A stretch of DNA of 64,000 bases, taken from assembly GCA_963814585.1 (NCBI GenBank), contig CAWFDF010000003.1, positions 256,001 to 320,000 of the forward strand. Direction: 5' to 3'. The notes beneath the pieces were generated by a model. That model was not told where the DNA came from. It did no database searches and saw nothing but the letters and a program-made list of their open reading frames with translations. This DNA is from an uncultured delta proteobacterium (GTDB lineage: Bacteria; Myxococcota; Myxococcia; Myxococcales; Anaeromyxobacteraceae). The translations under genes were made by a program, and so were the position numbers. Below are positions 57,604 to 64,000 of the stretch, in pieces. Every line of letters begins with the position of its first letter. The stretch's first letter is position 1.

Positions 57604-58409
57604 GCGAGCTCCAATCCCTCACGCTCTACACGGGCGCCATCCTGGCCGGGGCCGTCGCCGGCGGCGTGCTGCCGCTGGTCGGCCCCATGCGCCGCAGCGA
57701 CCTGCTGCTCTCCTTCTCGGGCGGCGTCATGCTGGGGGCCGCCTTCTTCCACATGCTCCCCGAGGCCATCGAGCTGGGCGGGGCGCGGGTGGTGCCATGG
57801 GTGCTGCTGGGCTTCCTCGCCCTCTACCTGCTGGAGCGGTTCGTCCTCATCCACATCTGCGGCGAGCCGGGCATGAACCAGGCCCTCTCCACCGCCACCG
57901 TCCACCAGCCGCACGATCACCCCGGCCACGTCCACGGCGACGAGGCCGGCTGCGAGGTCCACACCCTGGGGCTGGCGGCCTGGGTGGGGATGTCGATCCA
58001 CACCATGGTGGACGGCTTCGCGCTGGGTGCCGCCAACCACGAGGCCGGGCTGGGGCTGCTGGTCTTCATCGCCATCCTCGCCCACAAGATCCCGTCGAGC
58101 TTCTCGCTCTCGGCCATCCTGCGTGGCGAGGGGTACGGGCGCCTCAAGGCGCTCTGGATGAACGCCTTCTTCGCCCTCATGGTGCCGGTCGGCGCGGCCG
58201 TCTACGTGGGCCTGCGCGAGCTGGTGGCGGTGGACCGCTTCACCGCCTTCGCGCTGGCCTTCTCGGGCGGCACCTTCCTGCACCTGTCGCTCTCCGACAT
58301 CCTGCCCGACCTGCACCGGCGCGCCGGCTCCAAGTGGCGGCTCACCGGGGCGCTGCTGGTGGGGCTGGCGCTGATGTGGTCGCTCAGGCTCATCAACCAC
58401 GAGCACTGA
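57600..58409 (+). CDS. ZIP-family metal transporter
   Basis: Motifs FSGGVML..HMLPEA, His-rich loop HQPHDHPGHVH, IHTMVDG, AHKIP and SDILP. Confidence 0.92.
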   Translation: MSELQSLTLYTGAILAGAVAGGVLPLVGPMRRSDLLLSFSGGVMLGAAFFHMLPEAIELGGARVVPWVLLGFLALYLLERFVLIHICGEPGMNQALSTATVHQPHDHPGHVHGDEAGCEVHTLGLAAWVGMSIHTMVDGFALGAANHEAGLGLLVFIAILAHKIPSSFSLSAILRGEGYGRLKALWMNAFFALMVPVGAAVYVGLRELVAVDRFTAFALAFSGGTFLHLSLSDILPDLHRRAGSKWRLTGALLVGLALMWSLRLINHEH

Positions 58410-58419
58410 CCCGGGCGCC

Positions 58420-59625
58420 TCAGCCCTCGCTGGTCACCAGGAAGAGCGGCTTCATCTCGAAGCTCTTGAACTGCGGGCGCAGCCGCTCGGTGCTGTAGTG
58501 GTCCTTCACGCTGACCAGCTTCTTGCTGGCGGTCACCACGTCGAGCGGCACGTTGTCGTAGCGGCCGTTCTTCAGCACCACCAGCCGCCCGTGGATCCCC
58601 TTCATGATGAGGTCGAGCGCCAGGTTGCCGTAGGCCATGGGCACGATGGAGTCGATGGCGTCGGGGTCGCCGCCGCGCACCAGGTAGCCGAGCTTCTGGT
58701 TGATGCACTCGATGGTGCGGCCGCCGTTGTACCTGGCCGAGAGGTCCTTGAGGTGCGAGGCGACCACGTCGCCGATGCCGCCCAGCTTGGCGTGCCCGTA
58801 GGCGTCGGTGGACTCGTCGGCGATGACCATCTCGCCGCCGGAGAACCTGGCCCCCTCGGACACCAGCAGCACCGAGTACTTGGATGGGTTGCGGTTGCGG
58901 TCCTCCACCATGAGCTGGGTGAGCAGCTCCATGTCGAACTTGTGCTCGGGGATGACGCAGCGGTTGGCGGCGCCGGCCATGGTGGGCAGCAGCGCGGTGA
59001 AGCCGGCGTACCGGCCGAAGACCTCCATGACCAGGAAGCGCTCGTGGGAGCCGGCGCTGGTGCGCAGCCGGTTGGTCATCTCGATGGTGCGGGTCACGCA
59101 GGTGGAGAAGCCGATGCAGTAGTCGGTGCCCGGCACGTCGTTGTCCATGGTCTTGGGGATGGCCACCACCTTGACCCCCTCCTGGTAGAGCCGCACGCCG
59201 TAGGAGAGCGTGTCGTCGCCGCCGATGGGGATGAGGTGGTCGACGCCGAGGAAGGCCAGGTTGGCGAGGACGTGCGGCGTCAGGTCGTTGACCTCCGCCG
59301 TGTAGCGGTCCTTGAGGTGGGCCGGGACGGCGGACCGCTTCACGTGGCTGGGACGGGTGCGCGAGGAGTGGAGGAAGGTGCCGCCGGTGCGGCCGGCGCG
59401 GTTCACCACCTCGTTGGTGAGGACCTGGTAGTGCTCGCCGTTGTCGGCCTGGGCGTCGGGGATCATGTCGATGAGGCCGCCCCAGCCGCGCCGGATGCCG
59501 ATGACCTCGTAGCCCTCCCGCCGCGCCGCGATGGTGACGGCGCGGATGGCCGGGTTGAGGCCCGGCACGTCGCCCCCGCCGGTGAGGATGCCGATGACGC
59601 CCTTCCTGGAGTTCACGTTGGCCAC
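58420..59625 (-). CDS. pfkA: 6-phosphofructokinase (PfkA family), PPi-type signature
   Basis: Motifs TGGGDVPGLN, GGTFLHSSR, IGGDDT, IPKTMDND, EVFGRYAG and LGYLVRGG. Confidence 0.92.
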   Translation of the reverse strand: MANVNSRKGVIGILTGGGDVPGLNPAIRAVTIAARREGYEVIGIRRGWGGLIDMIPDAQADNGEHYQVLTNEVVNRAGRTGGTFLHSSRTRPSHVKRSAVPAHLKDRYTAEVNDLTPHVLANLAFLGVDHLIPIGGDDTLSYGVRLYQEGVKVVAIPKTMDNDVPGTDYCIGFSTCVTRTIEMTNRLRTSAGSHERFLVMEVFGRYAGFTALLPTMAGAANRCVIPEHKFDMELLTQLMVEDRNRNPSKYSVLLVSEGARFSGGEMVIADESTDAYGHAKLGGIGDVVASHLKDLSARYNGGRTIECINQKLGYLVRGGDPDAIDSIVPMAYGNLALDLIMKGIHGRLVVLKNGRYDNVPLDVVTASKKLVSVKDHYSTERLRPQFKSFEMKPLFLVTSEG

Positions 59626-59812
59626 CGGGTGCCCCCTGTCGTTGGGCGCCGCGCGAGCGGCGTGTCCGCCAGCGTGTCGGAATCGCGCCCGGGGATGAAG
59701 AGCCCCAAATGGTCGTGCGGCGGGAACGGCGCTCCTGGCGCCCGCGACTGGCCTGGTGCCGCACCCCAGCCACTCGTCCGGCTGCAGGGATCGAGCCGAG
59801 CGGGTGGCGCCT

Positions 59813-60199
59813 TCACGCCACCGTCACCTTCCTCACGCCCCGCTTCACCAGCCAGGCCCCGACCCGCTCGCGGGTGTCTCCCTGCAGGACCAGCGCCCCG
59901 CCCTCGACCACGCCGCCGCAGCCGAGGGCGCGCTTCAGGTCGCCGAGCCAGGCCTCCAGGTCCCGCGGCCGCAGCTCGAGCTTCTCCACCACCGTCACCG
60001 TCTTGCCGCCACGCCCGGCCCGCTCCATCCGGACCACGGCGCGCGCCGGCGGCGGGGGGCCGGCCGGCTTCGGGGCTGGCGCCGCGGGGGGCGGCGCCTC
60101 GACGCCCGGCATGGCCTCTCGGCGGGCAGCCAGCCCGGCCAGGGCGGCGTTGAATGGAGGCGGCCGCGAGGCTGGCGGGGGCTGGTCTCGCTTTCCCAT
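59813..60199 (-). CDS. yciH: SUI1/eIF1-like translation factor
   Basis: Motifs ERAGRGGKTVT, LKRALGCGG and LQGDTRERV. Confidence 0.88.
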   Translation of the reverse strand: MGKRDQPPPASRPPPFNAALAGLAARREAMPGVEAPPPAAPAPKPAGPPPPARAVVRMERAGRGGKTVTVVEKLELRPRDLEAWLGDLKRALGCGGVVEGGALVLQGDTRERVGAWLVKRGVRKVTVA

Positions 60200-60294
60200 G
60201 CGGCGGCCATGTTGGCACGACCGCGGGTCGCCCGGTCCTCCGGTGCGTGCACCCCGACGGCGGCCCCGCGCCCCGCGATTTTACCCGGATGGAA

Positions 60295-60323
60295 TGGACC
60301 GTCGCATTTCCTCCGGGTATAAT
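60295..60323 (+). promoter_or_regulatory. Sigma70-type promoter of the DUF2239 gene (probably leaderless)
   Basis: TGGACC (60295), 17 bp, then TATAAT (60318). The ATG is 7 nt downstream with no Shine-Dalgarno. Confidence 0.7.
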
Positions 60324-60330
60324 TCCCGCC

Positions 60331-60933
60331 ATGGACCCGACCCCGACCTTCAGCGCCTTCGCCGGCGACCGGCTCATCGCCGCCGGCCCGCTCGCCACCG
60401 TCCTCGCCGAGGCCAGGGGCTGGCTCGACCGGAAGGAGCGGGCGGCGCTCCTCATCTTCGACGACCAGTCCGGCCGCGCCGTCGACTTCGACCTCCGCGG
60501 CAGCGTGGCGCAGGTGCTGGCCCGGGCCCTGCCTCCCCCTGACGCCACCCCGCGCCCCGGCCGCCCCCGGCTCGGGGTGGTGGGCCGGGAGGTCTCGCTG
60601 CTCCCCCGTCACTGGGAGTGGCTGGAGCAACAGCCCAACGGGATCTCGGCCGCCCTTCGCCGGCTGGTGGACGAGGCGCGGAAGCACGAGCCGGGCCGGC
60701 AGCGGGCCCGGGCCATCCGGGACGCCGCCAGCCGGTTCATGACCGCGATGGCCGGCGACCTTCCGGGCTTCGAGGAGGCCACCCGGGCGCTCTTCGCGGG
60801 TGACGAGCGCGGGGTGGAGCGGCGGGTCCGCGGCTGGCCGGCCGACGTCCGGAGCCACGTCCTGCGCCGGGTCCGGGAGGCGGCTCGCCTGGAGCAGGGC
60901 GACGGGGCGGCGTCCCCCGCCACCCCCGACTGA
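60331..60933 (+). CDS. DUF2239 family protein
   Basis: Motifs AFAGDRLIAAG, LIFDDQSGRAVDFDLRG, GRPRLGVVGREVSLLPRHWEWL and MAGDLPGFEEATRALFA. Confidence 0.88.
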   Translation: MDPTPTFSAFAGDRLIAAGPLATVLAEARGWLDRKERAALLIFDDQSGRAVDFDLRGSVAQVLARALPPPDATPRPGRPRLGVVGREVSLLPRHWEWLEQQPNGISAALRRLVDEARKHEPGRQRARAIRDAASRFMTAMAGDLPGFEEATRALFAGDERGVERRVRGWPADVRSHVLRRVREAARLEQGDGAASPATPD

Positions 60934-60995
60934 GCGGCCGGCGGCGCGGATTTGCTAGGATGGCGGCTCCCTCGCCGTCCGAACGGAGCCCGCCG

Positions 60996-61610
60996 GTGCA
61001 GATCGTCTGCCTCGACCTCGAAGGGGTGCTGGTCCCCGAGATCTGGATCGCCTTCGCCGAGCGCACCGGGATCACCGAGCTGCGCCGCACCACGCGCGAC
61101 GAGCCCGACTACGACAAGCTGATGCGCTTCCGGCTCGACCTGCTGCGGCGCCACCGGCTCGGGCTGCGCGACATCCAGCAGGTGATCGCCGGCCTGGCCC
61201 CCGAGCCGGGCGCGCGCGCCTTCCTCGACGCCCTGCGCCGCGACTTCCAGGTGGTGATCCTCTCCGACACCTTCTACGAGTTCGCCGGACCGCTCATGGC
61301 CCAGCTCGGCTTTCCCACCCTGTTCTGCCACCGGCTCGAGGCCGACGCCGAGGGCTTCGTCGCCGCCTACCACCTGCGCATGCCGGACCAGAAGCGGGCC
61401 GCGGTGAAGGCCTTCAAGGAGCTGCAGTTCAAGGTGATCGCGGGCGGCGACTCCTACAACGACACCGCCATGCTGGGCGAGGCGCACGCCGGGATCCTCT
61501 TCCGCCCGCCGTCCAACGTGGCGGCGCAGTTCCCGCAGTTCCCGGTGGTCCGCGAGTTCGACGCGCTCCGCGCCGCCATCGACGCCGCCGGCGCCCGCCT
61601 CGGCGGCTGA
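60996..61610 (+). CDS. thrH: Phosphoserine phosphatase/homoserine phosphotransferase
   Basis: Motifs CLDLEGVLVPEIW, TTRDEPDYD.LM, ILSDTFYEF and GDSYNDTAML. GTG 60996 follows GGAG. Confidence 0.94.
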   Translation: MQIVCLDLEGVLVPEIWIAFAERTGITELRRTTRDEPDYDKLMRFRLDLLRRHRLGLRDIQQVIAGLAPEPGARAFLDALRRDFQVVILSDTFYEFAGPLMAQLGFPTLFCHRLEADAEGFVAAYHLRMPDQKRAAVKAFKELQFKVIAGGDSYNDTAMLGEAHAGILFRPPSNVAAQFPQFPVVREFDALRAAIDAAGARLGG

Positions 61611-61626
61611 CCCGGGAGGAGTGCCC

Positions 61627-63040
61627 ATGCGGCTCGACGGAGAGCTCCTCGACGGTCCCCGCACCAGCGGAGCGCGCGTGCTGGCGCTGGGCCGGCTCGC
61701 CGACGCCGAGGAGGCCGCAGCGCGGCTCGCCACGCCGGGCGACGCCGAGGCGCTGCACGACTTCCGCGTCGCGGTCCGCCGGCTCCGCTCCACGCTGCGG
61801 CTGCTGGCCCCGGCCCTGGAGGGGACCCTCACCGCGAGGCAGCTGCGGCGGCTCGCCAAGGTGGCGCGGCGCACCGGGCCAGCCCGGGACGCCGAGGTGC
61901 TGGTCGCCTGGCTCGAGCAGGCACGCGGCCGCCTGGGCGCACCGTACCGCGGCGCGCTCGACTGGCTCCTCGACCGGATCGAGCGGCGCCGCGCCGAGGC
62001 CACGCGCCGGGTCCTCGAGGAGGCGCTGCCCCGCTTCCGCCGGCTGGCGCCGCGCCTCTCCCGTCGGCTCTCGGCCCGTCCGGCGCCTGGCCCGGACGGC
62101 CCGGCCACCCTGGCGGCCCTCCTGGCCGGCGCCGTCCGCGCCCAGGCGCGCGCCCTCCGCGAGGCGCTCGGCGCCGTGGTCGGCGGCGAGGACGCGGTGG
62201 GCCTGCACCGGGCCCGCATCGAGGGGAAGCGGCTGCGCTACCTGCTCGAGCCGCTGCGCGGACTGCCCGGCCTCCGACGCCACCGAGGCGGTGGCCGCGC
62301 TCAAGGGGCTGCAGGACCTGCTCGGCACCTGGCACGACCTGCACCGGGCCCGCGAGACGCTGGCCGGGACGCTGGTGGAGGCGGCCGCCGACCGGGCTCG
62401 CCGGGGCCGCGACGCCGGGAGCGGCGACCTGCGCCCCGGGTTGCTGGCCATCGACCAGCTGGCGGCCCGCCAGGCGGCCGAGGTCTTCGGCCAGCTCGCC
62501 GAGCGCCACCTGAGGTCGCGCGCCTCCGCCATCCTCGACCTCGCCTACGCGGTGGTGGCGGGCCTGGAGGGCCCGGCGGACCAGGACCCGGCCCCGGAGG
62601 CCGCCGCGGAGCGCCGGCTGCTCCTCACCGGCCTGCCGGTGGAGGCCTCGGGCGGCCAGGTCGAGGAGGCGGCGCTGGGCTGGCTCCCGGGCGAGCGCGA
62701 GCACGTCGGGCGGGTCCACTCGGCCCTGGGCGAGGGGTGGTTCCGGGAGCGCCCCTCCTCGCGGGGCTCCGTCGAGATCTCGGCGATCGCCCGCTCCGAC
62801 TTCGAGGCCTGGTGGCCGCTCACCGAGGGGCGGCGGCTCACCCGCCGCAGCCACCGGGTGGCGGCCCTCCCGGGCTGGCGCTTCGACGAGTTCACCGACC
62901 GGCGGCTGGTGCTGGCGGTGATCGAGCCGGGCGGGGAGCCGACGCCGCCGGCGTGGCTCGAGCCGGTGCTGGTCCGCGAGGTGACCGACGAGCGCGGCTA
63001 CCGCGACGAGGCGCTGGCCCGGCGCGCCCCTCGGAGCTGA
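61627..63040 (+). CDS. CHAD-domain protein with degenerate CYTH-like C-terminus; frameshift near 62274
   Basis: CHAD motifs EALHDFRVAVRRLRS, LHRARIEGKRLRYLLE and LKGLQDLLGTWHD. C-term has ERRLLL, WPLTEGRRL, DEFTDRRLVLA and PAWL..REVTDE. Confidence 0.8.
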
Positions 63041-63130
63041 CAGGGCCCTCGCCTGGCCCCAGGCCGGCGAGGGCCGCCGTGCGCGGGGCGTGACCGGAGA
63101 GGCGCCGCCGGTCTATACCGGCGCGGCGCC

Positions 63131-64000
63131 ATGCCGTTCACCTTCCAGCCCGGGGCCCGCGACGCCGCGACCAACGCCCGCCGCGGCGCCTTCACCACGC
63201 CCCACGGCCGGGTGGAGACCCCGGCCTTCATGCCGGTCGGGACGCGCGGCACCGTCACCGGCCTCACCCCCGCCGACCTCGACGCCCTGGGCGTCGAGAT
63301 CATCCTCGGCAACACCTATCACCTGCTGCTCCGCCCCGGCCCCGAGGCCATGCGCGGCTTCGGCGGGCTCCACCGCTTCATGGGCTGGGACCGGCCCATC
63401 CTCACCGACTCGGGCGGCTTCCAGATCTTCTCGCTCCCCGGCTCGCGCACCATCAGCGAGGAGGGGGCGCGCTTCCAGAGCTACGTCGACTCGAGCTACC
63501 ACCGGCTCTCGCCCGAGACCTCCATCGCCATGCAGGAGGCCATCGGCTCCGACGTGATGATGGTGCTCGACGTCTGCGTCCCGTCCACGGCGGGCGAGGA
63601 CGGAGATCCGGGCGGCCATGGAGCGGACCCACCGCTGGGCGGTCCGCAGCCTGGAGGCCCGCACCAGCCGGGAGCAGGCGCTCTTCGCCATCGTGCAGGG
63701 CGGCCTCTCCACCGCCATGCGCCAGGCCTCGGCCCGCTTCCTCACCCAGCACCCGTTCGACGGCTTCGCCATCGGCGGGCTGGCGGTGGGCGACACCCGG
63801 GCCCAGCGGTTCGACGTGGTGGGCACCGCCGCCGGCCTGCTGCCCGCCGACAGGCCGCGCTACCTGATGGGCGTGGGCACGCCGCCCGACCTGCTCGAGG
63901 CCATCGCCCACGGCGTCGACATGTTCGACTGCATCATCCCCACCACCCTGGCCTGGCAGGGGACCGCCTTCACCGGGACCGGCCGGGTGCGGCTCACCCG
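63131..64000 (+). CDS. tgt: tRNA-guanine transglycosylase, partial (runs off window); frameshift near 63600
   Basis: Manual translation gives TPAFMPVGT, LGNTYHL, ILTDSGGFQ and IGSDVMMVLD. After the shift: FAIVQGG, FAIGGLAVG, RPRYLMGVG and GVDMFDC. Confidence 0.9.
   Translation, partial: MPFTFQPGARDAATNARRGAFTTPHGRVETPAFMPVGTRGTVTGLTPADLDALGVEIILGNTYHLLLRPGPEAMRGFGGLHRFMGWDRPILTDSGGFQIFSLPGSRTISEEGARFQSYVDSSYHRLSPETSIAMQEAIGSDVMMVLDVCVPSTAGEDGDPGGHGADPPLGGPQPGGPHQPGAGALRHRAGRPLHRHAPGLGPLPHPAPVRRLRHRRAGGGRHPGPAVRRGGHRRRPAARRQAALPDGRGHAARPARGHRPRRRHVRLHHPHHPGLAGDRLHRDRPGAAHP

Overview
High-GC bacterial window; gene content and style suggest Myxococcota (Anaeromyxobacter-like), which is an inference. 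It has four blocks. (1) 1-16.5 kb is a divergent anaerobic acyl/aryl-CoA catabolic cluster. The minus strand carries a thiolase and a 3-hydroxyacyl-CoA dehydrogenase/enoyl-CoA hydratase. The plus strand carries a ketopantoate-reductase(PanE)::2-hydroxyacyl-CoA-dehydratase fusion whose dehydratase half lacks the three cluster cysteines, two ASKHA activators, an intact dehydratase/BCR-type subunit, a CoA ligase, a 4-hydroxybenzoyl-CoA-reductase-like hcrCAB trio, xdhC, mocA and an orphan solute-binding protein. (2) 16.7-42.3 kb is the dcw cluster (mraZ to ftsZ), split between ddl and ftsQ by about 6.9 kb of accessory DNA. This insert holds a 3.27 kb segment bounded by a 126-bp direct repeat of the ddl 3' end (REP-like hairpin array, IS91-like transposase remnant, RibD_C/DHFR-like gene, HNH nuclease gene with an internal perfect 26-bp palindrome), then a multiheme cytochrome c / CxxC-less redoxin-TPR cluster. 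(3) 42.3-54.3 kb holds an outer-membrane protein, an esterase, an OPT transporter, alaS, EamA, trmB and a lipoprotein-ABC operon. (4) 54.4-64 kb holds mltD, dusB, a ZIP transporter, a PPi-type pfk, SUI1, DUF2239, thrH, a CHAD protein and a partial tgt. About nine single-base frameshifts, two of them in essential murE, point to assembly indel errors rather than pseudogenes. No rRNA, tRNA or CRISPR array was seen.
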